DNA of 63,872 nucleotides, filler included, from Phoronis australis (Eukaryota > Animalia > Phoronida): NCBI GenBank assembly GCA_002633005.1. It is 7 parts of 7 records of this genome, joined end to end, with 100 filler letters (N's around TTAATTAATTAA, not from the genome) between each part and the next. Parts side by side here need not be neighbours in the genome. Positions count along the whole stretch, not along the records: positions 14,667 to 40,207 come from NMRA01001343.1; 6 more parts are not named here. One strand, given 5' to 3'. The notes under the pieces are model-generated. The model was not told the DNA's origin. It did not search any database and saw only the letters and a list, made by a program, of their open reading frames with translations. Every line of letters starts with the position of its first letter. The stretch's first letter is position 1. This document shows positions 26,282 to 39,215 of the stretch, in pieces. Both the position numbers and the translations under genes were made by a program.

Positions 26282-28424
26282 CTTTAAATGAGAATAAAAA
26301 CAAAGGCACGTGAATTAGGACAATCTGTTTTCTTGCAGTGGTTTGGTTAAGATTGCAATGGGTGTGTTTCGTCATAGCAAGACATTCACGAAAGAGTAAA
26401 TATCCCGCAAAATCTGGTAATCTCGATAAACCATTCGCGTACACCAGCAAACTGACGGCCACTGAGGTTATTGGTCGGCGAAGCTGGTATGCTGATTATG
26501 GGACTGAATTCTCTCATTCCGCTCGCTGCAGATGCCTAAGTGCCTTGCGTCGGTGAATAGCGCTCGAAATCGTCTGTGCAATCAGATGTGAGAAAACTGG
26601 CAGCACATGTATATGTAATCTGCAACTGATCAACAGTGAACCAGCGAGGTGAGACGAAAGACGATATCACGTGACTACCGAACTTAATTTAAAGTAATAC
26701 CTGAACGTGCCAAAGGGAAATAAATGCACTTTTTAGTCAAAAAACAAATTTTTGGTTTAGGCCACTTAACGTTAAACAACGGGGCACATTATTACTTTCT
26801 CGAATGTGAAATGACTTTTAGGGGTTTGGGTATAACTGATAGGTCGTTTATTGCAACAGTGTTGCGTTTCGTACTCCCAAGACAATGGGGAGAAAAGCTA
26901 TCGAGATCACGTGCTTCACTAAAACGCATGACGACATCTCGCGACGACTTGCGTGGATTTTTGCCTTCGCGAGTTTCTTGCGTCTACAGAACGCAGGCTA
27001 GGCTCGCGGTTCTGTATTCGAAATTCCGGCGACGGCACTCTTCATTGTGAGATGGGTGTCGGCTCGTAAACATCCTTTGGCATGATAACTTGGTGACGTC
27101 TAAACAGTATGACCGTTTGATGTCATGCACTCAGTATGTGCACACCACGGGTCCACTACAACACGATTTTTTGCGTGAGTATGATGACAAAGCCCTAACC
27201 ATCACATAAAAATATAAGATGTGAACGATGAGCCTCAACATGCACTGAATTAATATGTATATTAATAAATCTTTTTAAACAAAACATTTTCGAGGCTTTC
27301 GGCTATCATGTCCAGTTTGTAAATGTATTCCAAATTTTGATATTTTGAAACAGTTTCTACATCTATGTAGATAAGTAGCAATTTATACAGAATGATTTTC
27401 CCGAAAAAGGTCCCTAACATTTGATAATAATTTTTCCACTAGAGGCTGGAACGTCAAATTTTGCAGTCTGTCAATGTTATATATTGAGCTAATGCCGATG
27501 TTGGACGCTTTGTAATGCTAACGGTTTCAGCAGCGTCCCAGCGGTTTTCCCGTTGAATTTAGTCCAACGACGCACGAGGAGGCGATAAAGAAAGTCTGCA
27601 AAGATGGCCTAGTTGAGTAACAGGATAGTCTGATCAAGAGAAAAGTCTCACAACTACGAATTCAAGCACTTTTACAACAGGTGCTGGAAGTGTTCCCATC
27701 ACAACTATATGGGCCTTTCCAAATTGAAAATCCCATGTACACCCGTCTAGAGCAAAATCCACACGTTGCCGAGAAAACGCTTAAGCGGCGTTGAAAAATG
27801 TTTTCGCAACGCGTGCTACAGTGCTTGTTTGGAATAAAATTGTTCAGGTTTATGCAACATTTCGGGTCCCTAACTTATGCAGATAAAAAAATGTAACAAA
27901 CGTTTCAGGAGATTCGCAATATATGAAAAAGTATCCCGCTATATAGCATTAGTACTTCATGGCAAATTCTTGATATTTACAAAAAGTACGTATTTAGCTA
28001 AATATCACGCGACTTACAGAAAGATTTTTTCGTCCAAAAACTGATATTTAGCAGGACAAAAGAAATGGCTTATCTGTGAAACTGAGACACGCGTGCATTG
28101 GTTGGAAGTGAAGAAATATGGCGCAATGCAGTAAGCCTTTAACACGACGAAGATTCGCCAATTAATGAATTTACACTATATTGCTTAGTACTTTCACACG
28201 TACTGTTCTGTTAAAAATTAGGATCGCTTTTAGATAACACGTTGTGAATTTTGGTTGGTTGAGCTCATTTCAGGTTTTAGTGGGTATGATGCCGAATCCG
28301 GTTAACTTTTGTACGTTTGACACTTGTTCTAAAATCAATTAAAGTAGATGGAAGTAGTTTGTTTCATTAGTTTTTAATTTATGGAAACAATCAAGAGAAA
28401 ATAATAAAAAGTGCTAATGTAACA

Positions 28425-28777
28425 AGGGCCCGGGTCTAATCGTTGTACTCGAAATCGAACTTGAAATTATATTTTCTTGCGTTCTGCTGTTTTTCGTTCA
28501 AGTTCGTACTTGATGGCAGCCAGATTTGAGTTACGACAAACTAGAGCAAAAACTCAAGATTTCAGGTAAAATCACGAAATTTTTAGTTCAGACTCGAATT
28601 TTAATAGCTTTTAAAATCCTGGGGTCAAGTGTAAACTAGAATTAGAGTCATCCATGGTAAACCACAACATGATGGAGCACAGAATTATAAACACATATCC
28701 TGATTTTGCATTAAAGTAGAACTAAAAATGTAAAAACTCATTTCAGTTTAGAATACAAATATTGGACCCCGGGCCCT
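28425..28777. mobile_element. MITE with AGGGCCCGGG(G)TC-type TIRs
   Basis: agggcccgggtctaat / attggaccccgggccct; related termini near 19260-19292, 40132, 43881 and 44800-44833. Confidence 0.7.
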
Positions 28778-29104
28778 GCACATCCTGATTTCAAATACTC
28801 CCAAATTTGCGGAACTACAGCTCTCCAACTGAGGCAAGATGCAGCGTTTTTAGATTGTTCATCACTTCACCCCAGCGCTAAATTACTTTCTTCACAGGCG
28901 TATTTAGTTTTTCAAAGAAACATCATCGCGTTCTCATCCTTTGTTTGAATTGATGTTGATTTGAATAAAACGCCCAGAATTCCCCGTGACGGCCGTAGAG
29001 CCTCGGCGGCTAAAACTAGTCCCTGTGAATCACTAACGACACGCTAGTTCTTCTCAAAGCATCTCATAACAACTTGAAACAAATTTCCACTATCATTGTC
29101 TCAC

Positions 29105-29206
29105 CCTCATCACTAACTGTCTCCTACCAAGTTCAGTACAGCCCATTGAGATGACCTGTGTAATGGTTGGCTGTAGTTTGTGTTCGTGCACCATCCAATC
29201 ATAGAT
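29105..29206 (-). CDS. M14A carboxypeptidase-like gene, exon 4
   Basis: cctcag|IYDWMVHEHKLQPTITQVISMGCTELGRRQLVMR|gtgaga; aligns with IYxWM...IGxSxEGRxxxVLK; 102 nt. Confidence 0.9.
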
Positions 29207-30123
29207 CTGAGGTGAAACAAAAGGCAGATGTACACACAGCATGACAAATGTATTTTAATAAAAACAAAGTGACCATATGATAAGCATGGACTTTACAGAT
29301 GCACTATTAATCTTTATCCGTACTAAACATGTTTTAAGCAAAATGCTGTGACTTAAAAGGATACCAAACTCATATTTGGCTATTGAACAGATGCTAGTTA
29401 TCACTTGTTATTTCAAAACTTTAAAATACAATGCTATGTTATGGTTATTAATGCTCGAAAGTATGGAGGAAATGTTAGAATTCCTTACGAAGTCTATTAA
29501 ATCGGCAAGCGTGACAAACATTTCAGGCGAGTTACACTACGATCTACCATCTAGTTAAAAAACTAAAGATGATACACTAGTTGAATCATGCTGTTATCCT
29601 TCATAGGGGGTAGTGATGGCGCGTCTGCGGCTGACAGAATCAACTTTTGGTGAACTTGGCAAAACAGAGATTAGAATTTATTTATTTCAGTTTTTTACGA
29701 ACGGTCGTGTTCAGTTCGACAATCGAACTGCGTATACAGTCGCTCGTTTGTTTTATACGACATTCTCTTGAATCGAGAAAACGTAGGAGTAAAATCGGAC
29801 GTACTACATCTTAAATATCAAATACGACTCGAAAACGTGGATAGGAAATCTGTTTACACAGGCTGCTTAGTCGAATGACGACTGTCGTTTACGAGGTTGA
29901 AACGACTAATCGTACTATGTAGACAGGGTTAGAAAGACTCTGCTTTGTTCAAATTGCAGAGAAAATTGCGTAAAAATGGGAAAGCACGGCAATAGTGAAA
30001 AAAGGTAACGCACTGAAAACAGATATAGTCACGGAAGAAGTAAAGTTCTAAAAGGCGCATTAGTCCTAAGAGTCACTTTCCTAATGAGTAATGGAAATTG
30101 GAAAGATGTTTATATCACTCTAC

Positions 30124-30348
30124 CTCCTGATACGTTGGGTATGTGCCAACGATGTCGTGTTTCTTTTTATTCGCCTTCAGCTTTTTATTCGAGTCGTCCT
30201 CTTCCACCACAGAGGCCATCAAGTCCTGATTTATAGTCTCACAGGCTACGTTACTTTGACTGGCCTCCGCCAAAAAGTCTGGGAAATCGTTTTCCATTAT
30301 CATGACGATGAACTGCTTGCCTTGTCGAAATTTTTTCCACACGTCCAT
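30124..30348 (-). CDS. M14A carboxypeptidase-like gene, exon 3 (propeptide to start of mature domain)
   Basis: MDVWKKFRQ...INQDLMASVVEE...IVGTYPTYQE|gt; resembles the propeptide DFW motif and YHTYEE; 225 nt. Confidence 0.85.
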
Positions 30349-30917
30349 CTGCAAGACGTTATTAAAAACACACACCTTTGTATATAACAAATAAACTGCA
30401 CAGAATAAGACAGCAATTAACAAACACTTCTTTCCCAATTTCTAGTAGTTATACATTCGTTATTTGACTGTAATTTCTGAAAGTGATGCTTATAATCACG
30501 ACAGTCGTCAATATTGTTTTCCCATTTACTTTGAAATTCCAAAAGTATTCCTGGAAAAAATGTACGGGATTAATTCCACAAACGGTCGAGTCCCCAAAGG
30601 ATTCATGAATACCAGAAACTTTTGTCGTCCCTATTGGCATCCTCTGACATGACACAGTGAGTGCAGTACAACGCATGCGCCCGCAATATCGGTTCATGAT
30701 ACAGGTAACGATCGTAATTGTAATTGAACACTCATAAAAAACGACATGAATAATTATTCCGCTATTCAGCGAAATTTGGTGGAACCGTAAGAATCCCGTC
30801 GAATTCATGCTCCTGTGTAAAAATCTTTCCTACTTAAACTTGCTTGACAAATACACGGAATTATTTACAACGAGGAACGCCACTAATGCCATTCAAATAA
30901 CAAGTAAGCGTTGCTTG

Positions 30918-31076
30918 CAGAGGCGGATTTAAGGGATTGGGGGGGAGGGGCCATGCCCCCCTAAAATTCTCCCATATTCCATTTGGCACTTCGGGACTGC
31001 GAATGTCTGAAGTGCAAAATCCTGGCTAATACTCTGCCCTGGTCCCCCCTAACTCAAAATCCTGGATCCGCCCCTG
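30918..31076. mobile_element. About 155-bp MITE, copy 2, 5-bp TSD GCTTG
   Basis: cagaggcggattta...cctggatccgcccctg; GCTTG at 30913-30917 and 31077-31081. Confidence 0.85.
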
Positions 31077-31774
31077 GCTTGTCACCGTAGGTTAGTTTCA
31101 GTGGCCAAGGCAGTATAACCCTAAAGAATTTCCAAGTACTTTGTAACCAATTTTAATTCAAGTAAAGAATAAGATCGCGATGACGTTGCTTTGGAAGGGG
31201 AAATAAGCCTGTGAAGAAGATTGGATGTTTTTAAAATAAGAACATCAGCTTTAAACATTGAATAAGGAACTGGCCGCAGGTCCATTAACTCTCTCCAACT
31301 GAACTGTTCTTGCCCTGGTTTTGACATTGAATTAGAATTGAGATAAAACTAACAACTGACATTTTAGCACTCCATTTTATTAGTATTTTAGTCAAGCCGC
31401 CAGAAGTTCAATTTATTATAAATAAGAATAAACAGGTAACATATCTATCGAAAATCAACTGCCAGCTTACCGAACAGACGTTCGCCTGAGTGACACTTTT
31501 GGATTCTGAGTTAGAGGACTCGTATCACACGAATCTATGCTCTGGGATGCGCACGCATCGACTTTTGCTAGCCGTAGAAACGACAATAAAGTAAACGTGG
31601 AATACTAGCAATTGCTGTGATTTTCTTAAAGGCTTTTTGCCTCATATTCTAATTCTGGATAGACTAATGAATATTCTTGTACAACAGTTGGCACGATAAC
31701 CACGCTAACTGGACGAAATTGTAATTAGTTTGACAATTTAATCTCTGTCGTGGCAATTTTTAGGAAGGGTGAGG

Positions 31775-31840
31775 AGACAGTGCGGCTCAGTTGTTTAAGC
31801 TCCGGACTCCAGTTTCGGAGACTCGAGTTCGAATCCTGGC
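31775..31840 (+). mobile_element. tRNA-derived SINE-like head
   Basis: A-box-like cggctcagttgtt and B-box gagttcgaatcc at tRNA-like spacing; no convincing full cloverleaf. Confidence 0.45.
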
Positions 31841-32127
31841 TTTACTGGCAGACAATCAAGCATTACACAAAGGTGTCTCATATTACTCTGAACTCGGTCT
31901 TACTAGTGAGTGAATGTCTGTATGCAAGAGAATGAATGAGAACCACTTCGGAATACTCGACTTCGAGTATGAAGTGTAAAGAAGAGAAAGAAAGAAAGAG
32001 GCCCAAGTTCAAACAGTCAGGTGTAGGAAGATAAATATTATTAATGTTTTTGTGATAGAAATTACGTCTTATGCATCTCACGTTTCTGTTGTAGCAATGG
32101 ATTTCAAAGGAAGTGTTTTTAACTTAC

Positions 32128-32200
32128 GCCCTCGTTTTCTTTCCTTTCCAAAAACTTTCGTCCCTGCTCGTCGAATAACTCGCATTTTGCAAGTTTTGCG
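32128..32200 (-). CDS. M14A carboxypeptidase-like gene, exon 2 (propeptide)
   Basis: tttcattttag|c AKLAKCELFDEQGRKFLERKENEG|gtaagt; 73 nt, phases 2 and 0 link exons 1 and 3. Confidence 0.7.
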
Positions 32201-32565
32201 CTAAAATGAAAACATACAAAACACGAAATTAATGTAAACAAAACGTTGATATATAATATCTGCCGTTACTTTCAATGTCCAGTGAATGCCATTATTAAGT
32301 TCTAACAATTGACCAGCACGTACGTTTTAATATTTTTTTCTAAAATGGCTAGGCAGTGCAGTTGTCAGCTGAGAGTGCCCTCTAGCGAAGCGGACGACAT
32401 GCTCATGTTTCCAGATTCTGCTATCGATATTGATGTTTTGTCATATGGTTTCCAAGGAATAACAGTAAGATAAGCCACGAATATCCATCATATTTTCAGA
32501 ATATGAAGACGCGTATGTATTTCGAAACCTTGTTGATTTCTGAGGAAATCGGTACGCGACAGGCT

Positions 32566-33789
32566 TTATTACTCTGCGCGTGTAAGCGCAGAGTCCTGTT
32601 GTTCCTGGGTTTTCTTCAATTTTATTCTTCTTCTTATTCTTCTTCTTCCGACCAACTTTGAGGCTTAATAACTCCAAATTGGGTACAGGTACGGTCTTTG
32701 ACAGTATATAAATTTTGATTGGTTATATAATCATATTCCATATTGCACCGGAAGAGGTCGTTTGGTGCAAAGGTCATATAATTTTCAAAATGCTACTCCT
32801 CCTTCAGTTTTAAAGCTATCTTTTACAAATTCGGTGCACAGGTATAAGTCAACATGACAATTTAAAAAAATACTTTTCTAAGTAATCGGGTCATCCAATC
32901 AGGTGAAACAGGTCAAAGGTCATTAGGTGCAAACTAAAAGCTAGACATTTCAAATTAACAGGTCTGATTGGCACAGGAAATTCAATTCGGAATCCAAAGT
33001 TTCAGGTCATTTAGTGCAAACATGGGGTCATTAGGTGCATTTTTCTTCTGAAAATTTGACCTTTTCATTCAGCAAGTATTCTGATGTGTCAACCGTCAGA
33101 CAACTGTGATTCTCAGCATTAAACATATTTTTCACGGGCTTTGCATTAATTCTCCTAAAGATGCTTATAATGCACCAGATAGGGTCAGTTAGTGCAAAGG
33201 TCATGTAACGTTCAAAATGTTATATCTCTTACGTTTTTCAAGGAATTCTTTTCAATTTCAGCACACTTGGGTAAGTCAACATGCCAATTGAATAACCTAC
33301 TTTACTTCGCAATAGGCCTAACCAATCAGAAAAAATAGGTCAAAGGTCATTGAGTGCAAACTAAAATTTTGAGCTAGAGACTTCAAAATTACATATCTGT
33401 TCACTAAGTGCGATTGAGTTTGAATTCTAAATTTCCATGTCATTTGGTGCACCCATGGGGTCATTAGGTGCATTTTTCTTCTGAAAGTTTGACCAATTCA
33501 TTCATCTTGTATTCTGAAGTGCTTAAAGTACAACATCTGTGATTTTTAGCATTAACTACACTTTTAATCGAGTTAACATTTACTCCCTCATCGGCGCTCA
33601 TAATGCACCGGAAGAGGTCAATTAGTGGAAAGGTCATCAAAAACTTAATGTGTAATTTCTCCTACAATTTTAAAGAATTCCTTTTCATATTGGTAAATGG
33701 GTTGCTGTCAGTAACTTTCCATAATAATTCCAGTAATACGCACGCGCAGAGTCCGTTATTGTCACGCCGTGACAATAATCTTTCTAGTT
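32566..33789 (+). mobile_element. Helentron-associated (HINE/DINE-1-like) non-autonomous element with about 430-bp tandem core repeats
   Basis: 5' inverted repeat actctgcgc..gcgcagagt, (TTC)n/(TTA) microsatellite, core units starting tgcacc near 32745, 33171 and 33604, 3' gcgcagagt, hairpin ttattgtcac-gcc-gtgacaataa (33756-33778), CTAGTT end. Confidence 0.75.
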
Positions 33790-34992
33790 ACTTCTTAAAT
33801 CGTTGACGATTCATTCGTTGACGTCATTTTTGATCCCGCCACTTCTGTTCCAGAGAGCCAGGAAGAGCCGAACAACCCACTGTTGCATTGCGCTCCATGG
33901 ATAGTTGGCAAATAACATCCTAGCGGGGTAAGTCATCTCCGACTAAGGCCCAGGGCGTTGTTTGAGAACTTTCGGGGTTTAAGTAAGGTGGTGCATGAAT
34001 AACGCCAAACATCTATCTGAACAGTTAGCAGACTGACTAGTAAGACATGGAGAATGGACTTGCTTTCGAAAATTCGGCGGTCCCGATGTGGGTCCCTGCA
34101 TGAAGCCTTGGTACGTATCTACTAATTTTGATGTGGCACTTTCGCAACTTGATTTTATTTAAAATGCAAAAGCTACGCTACCACGAACGACTGACATATT
34201 CAACATGGTTCTGCAGAAAAAATAAAACCAACCTTCATTTGACTCCCAACTTTTTTACAACAGGAATAGAAATATCTGAGCTTCCAGTTGACATTTTCAA
34301 GAATATTATGTACTCTGGATAGCCCGGAAACTGAAGGAATTGACTGTTCTTTGCCAACATTGCGGGGACTAATTCAATAGTTTCTTCTTCGCCCTGGGCA
34401 TTGGTTTTTTAGACATTCTAAAACAGCATATATCCAACAGTTGTTTTGGCTAATATTTTTGCTAACGCCACTTCGCTGTGGGCATCCATCGTGAGTGTAA
34501 TCCGATTGACGTATTAGAAAACTCACAGGGCGTTGTCAGTGACTGCACTTGATTGATTTCCCCAAGTTTCACTGGGTCAACCAGTCAAAACCTATGATTG
34601 GTTGTCGATGACGACTTCCTGCTTACAAACCAATCAGATGTCGTAGCCGGTTAACCCGGCAAAATCACCCATTAAGTGCAGTCATCCAAATCAATATCCA
34701 ATACAGGCAGATGACAATTTGATTAATATGTTTAAAATTGCATAGCTTGATATCTCAGTGTGATCATCGTTATTTAGACATTAAGTCGCCCAAAGTTAAT
34801 TAAAGTGTCAAGTGTTTATTGTTTTATTTACTCACAAAAATGTGATTCACTTGTCAACATCCAGGAGCGATGGCACTGAGTACGTAAAACAGTGAGAATG
34901 TGATTACGCATAGTCATATACACATAGATGAATTGGCGAGAATAATATGAAACGGAAATGTGATTTTATCGCTGAAATAGAATGCCTGCTAC

Positions 34993-35271
34993 CAGGGGTT
35001 GTTTGATGAACACAGAATTAAGAGTAAAGACAGAAATTTTGTCTTACGCCCCCCACTTCACAACTGCTGAATAAAGGTTTAGCCAAGTTACAATGAGCGC
35101 CTCACAATCTAGAAATAATTTGTTGAAATTTTCTCAGTAACTAGCAGGTATATTTTCTCAAAGACTTTGCACTTTTGCTCAAGTGAAATTGTTTTTCAGA
35201 AATATTTATGTGGAGCATAAGACCAAATTTCTTTCTCGAATTTTAAGTAACTTTCAAGAAACGGACCCCTG
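34993..35271. mobile_element. MITE (caggggt...acccctg family); related copy in the opposite orientation at about 36498-36793
   Basis: Imperfect TIRs caggggttgtttgatgaa / ttcaagaaacggacccctg; shared internal tcttacgctccacat motif, also at 12964. Confidence 0.6.
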
Positions 35272-36944
35272 GACGCCAAAAAAACAGCTTATCACATTAT
35301 CAAAGGTGTTGAATATTCATGTCGCTCTGCAATGTCTGCTGCCACAAAATAACTCTTTATGAATTCATGTGTGTATATGTGTCTTTGTGTGTATACATAG
35401 GCCTACTTACTACACGGTAACACCATCTCGTCCCTAAAGACCACGTCACCCCGTAAACCTAACAACTTATATACCCAGAAAATTTGACAATTCATTCTTC
35501 ATGACACCATGAAAGCCAGAACACCACGAAACCCATGCAATCACGCCTACGTTCAATGAATGATCTTAACGTTTATTATGACTTTCACATGCCAAAAATA
35601 GAAAATAAATCTTTGGTAGTTTTACTCGGTGTTTGAAATTTTCTAGTAAAATCGATGGTTTGTTGTCTCAGCAAAATCAAAAACTGTCAGATATTTTTTT
35701 CTATTTTCTCACATAAGCGCTAATTACTCGTCATGGTAACAAAAGTGCACTCATTTACTCGCTAGTGATCAAAGCTGATTTTACTCCATTACATTCCGAA
35801 GGCAACACTAGTCATCAAGAACTCTCGTTTATTTTTCAAAGATAAACGGTTTTCACCCGTTATGCTAACGTGCCACTCAGGGTATTTTCGATTGCTTGTA
35901 ATCAAAAACGGCCTAAAACTTACACTTTAAGGTTACGCAGGACCTTATTGACGAGTTTTTGCGTTCAGCCAAATATCTGCAAACCTACGAAAATTGACTC
36001 AGTAAAAGTGTATGGTTTGTGAAAGTAGTGAAGACTGTAGAATGCGGTTTCTGACTTTATACCAATCTGTCATTGAACGTTTAAGATGATATCTCAAAAA
36101 GCCGTTACTCTTATCTAGGCCTACATTGTCATTTCGTTTTCGTTTTATGCAACGTTTGAGTTATTTCATAAAATTTATAAAAGTTCTACTTTTGGTAACC
36201 TTCATGCAAAAATGGAACATTTCAAAAATATTTTCTGATATCGTTTTTGAGAACAGTGCATATGGAGTAAAGTATATGAGCCATTTTTTACTGAGACATG
36301 ATGTTCCGAACTTAGCCAAATGCAGATATTTTCTAGGGTCATACACACTGTTAAGCTTCCGGCCCTCGGTTTCACTGACATACAAATACTACTTGCTGTC
36401 AAACTGGTGAGCTTACACTCACCATTTTACCCTCATTTTTAGAGATTTTCTATCCATGTAGGTGCTCGAGAGCAACGAGTAACAGTTGTAAATCTTCAGG
36501 GGTCTGTTTCATGAAAGATACTTTTAAGTAACTTTTTCTGACTTAAAAGACTGTCGGACAGAACTTAAGTCTCACGCTCCACATAGCTATTTCTGAAAAA
36601 CACTTAAACCTCACTTCAACAAAAGACGAAAGTATCTGAGAATATACACATAGTTGCTAGTTGCTGAGCAAATCAGTACACATTACTTCCAAGTATTGAC
36701 GGGCTACTAATTACATGAGTAAACCTTTAATTGGTCATTATTAAGTTAGAGCGTAGGACCAAAAATCTTAAGTCACTTTTCATGAAACAAACCGAAATCA
36801 GATTTGTAAGTAACTAGGTACAACTGCTTAGTAAAATTAGCTTGGTTACTCGGAAGGTTGAAGCAGCAGAAAGTAAAAATGTGAAAAAGTCGAGACTCGC
36901 AACGTTACACATGGGAACGCAACTTATAAAAGCAAACAACTTAC

Positions 36945-37027
36945 TTGCTTGCGGAGGTGATCAAGTCTATAACAAAAAACACCGATAGAAAGAACACAGC
37001 TACGTGAAGAGGTGTGTGAGAGAGCAT
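36945..37027 (-). CDS. M14A carboxypeptidase-like gene, exon 1 (signal peptide)
   Basis: MLSHTPLHVAVFFLSVFFVIDLITSAS-AA|gtaagt; phase 2 matches exon 2; TATA box about 70 nt upstream of the ATG. Confidence 0.75.
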
Positions 37028-37097
37028 AGCTAATCTATTAGATGTACTCCAATAAGCCAGTCCAGATATTTGTCATACACCTCATTTACGTCAACAG

Positions 37098-37105
37098 TAT
37101 TTATA
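37098..37105 (-). promoter_or_regulatory. TATA box (TATAAATA) of the carboxypeptidase-like gene
   Basis: Plus-strand tatttata about 70 nt upstream of the ATG at 37027. Confidence 0.55.
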
Positions 37106-37903
37106 CAGACATTTAATAAAAGATGGCGCTATTAACCATCTTTAAGGATTTATACGGGGACAAAAGGGTCGACTGTAATTATTTTTTAACGTGCTCACAT
37201 GACTTGAAATGCTCGTATGTACTTTTACTTATATAATGTCAAAAACACGGAATACTTCACGTTACTATACGTGGACACTACAGTACGAGGCACTGACCAT
37301 ATTATTTTTGGTGAGGCAATTATTGGTCTTATAGGCCAGCGTATGGACAGGCAGTTCCCCCAATAATTGCAAGCGTCAGGGTTAATACCGTGGCAACCGT
37401 CATAGGTGTGAGGCATGATGCAGTCGCCGCCGATTAAAGAGACAGAGAAACATGGAAAAGAAAGAAAAGTCAAGAGATCATTTGTCATCTACCCGCAGTG
37501 CTTGATTTTCCCTTTGAGGGCCCTGGCCAGGGCATTTTGTTAAGATTCTCCCATTATTGATAACTAAGTTATTAAGGGGCCGCTCACGGAGAGATAGGGA
37601 CAAATGATGAAAATCCTCTATTTTCCGGCTGTTCTCGTGAAATGATACAACCGTTTACGTTAATGATGGTCACTTGTTTGACGTTACACGACGTTAGAAT
37701 TAATTGTGACTTTTTATATTTTTAATGATATTTAGCCTTTCATATTAAGGAGTCCCCTCTCAGACGGGGACCTCTCTCAGAGGGTGGCCCGGGGCAATAG
37801 CGGATTTGCAGCGACGCCATATTGAAATTAGTTAAAATGGTGCATTGTGGGTGCTGTGGTCAGGATTCCGAAAGCGGCCATAGTAACAAGCATAATACGC
37901 GGT

Positions 37904-39215
37904 ATGAGTGCGAAGAAAACTTACGGCGGATACACTTGTTGTGTTCCTGGATGCTTCAAAAACAACAAGAGAGATAAAAATCTGAGTTTGTATGTGTTCC
38001 CTGCAAACCAAAAACTTCGTGAAAAATGGATAAACAACATTAGGAGACCTGGGAGTAAGGGGAAATTTAGCGCATTCAAACGAACGCGGGGCCATCTAGT
38101 AGGCAACACGTAGCCCCTCGGTTGGCCATGTGGGGGNCTACAATACCTCCATTCGCTTTCTGTACTCATTTCGTTACTCCAGTGTATTTTAAACGGGCCG
38201 TGACCGGATTTGGATTACCGATTTCGAGTTTTCACCTCGTCAAAAATACAATCTACACTTAAAACTATCATTTAAAAAACGCTTACTTTCATCATTGGTC
38301 CTTTCTACTTCTATACATATCTTTAATGAAGCTTAGTTGTGAAAATTAAGTTGACTTTGGCGAAGAATTACAACTCCACTTTTTTGGTTGCCGTTAATTT
38401 TATCACTGCGTCCGCGATAACCACAAAGCATGTCAACTGAATCCCGTGAGTTAGGCGCAAGGTTAGTGCGAGACTGAGCGAAGCGCGTGACGCTAGCGCG
38501 CGACACTTGTAAAATAGCATGAGAAAGTATCGGGTGAAACTTGTAAGATGTGTGTCCCTTGGACTTTTTATTCGTCAACATGCGTAATTTCACGTAAGTT
38601 CCTCAAAATGGCACCCAGTAACCGTGACTGAGAGTCGAACAAACTGCGACAGATTTTCATCGATTCGTTCAAGTTTTGCTGCATGACTAAATTGTATCCA
38701 GAGTCGTGGTATGTGTTAATTATAACTCCGTGGTCCTATATGTATGCCGGGTTCATTTGATTTTATTTGCTGTATTTTGAAATGAGTAACTTTTTGTGAG
38801 GATTTACTATCGCCCCTGAATGCCTGCGGCATCCAGTGCGATGTAATTGCCTAGGGGCCATCGTGCCGTGTGTGCAGCGAACATTTTCCTGGTGGAAAAA
38901 AGACTTATGAGAACAACATTCCGACGGAGTTTCCACTTAAAAAGGTGGAAAAAAGACGCATGAGAACAACATTCCGATGGAGTTTCCTCTTAAAATTAAC
39001 GTCTCTAGCATATCCACGGTGAAAGCTACAAAAGTTTAGCAACCCAAGAACTCTCAACTTGTCTGAAACCGGAGGGGATTTCGAAATCAACGCCGATAGC
39101 CCCAATACTGAACATGACGACAGTCGTGCTCTCGGTCTCACGGTCACTGATCATAGCTACGCTGTATTTACAAACGAGAGAGAGGACTTGCTTGGTATTA
39201 TAAAGCAAAAAAATG
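37904..39215 (+). pseudogene. Disrupted THAP-domain gene
   Basis: MSAKKTYGGYTCCVPGC...LYVFP...KW...RRP then, after the insertion and a frameshift, RVCSEHFPGGKKTYENNIPTEFPL, with a DHSY motif at 39149-39160. Confidence 0.8.
38097..38853. mobile_element. Nested 757-bp insertion with 9-bp TSD GGGGCCATC (Mutator/MULE-like)
   Basis: GGGGCCATC at 38088-38096 and 38854-38862; ends tagtaggcaa / ttgccta; homologous sequence at about 58076-58425. Confidence 0.75.
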
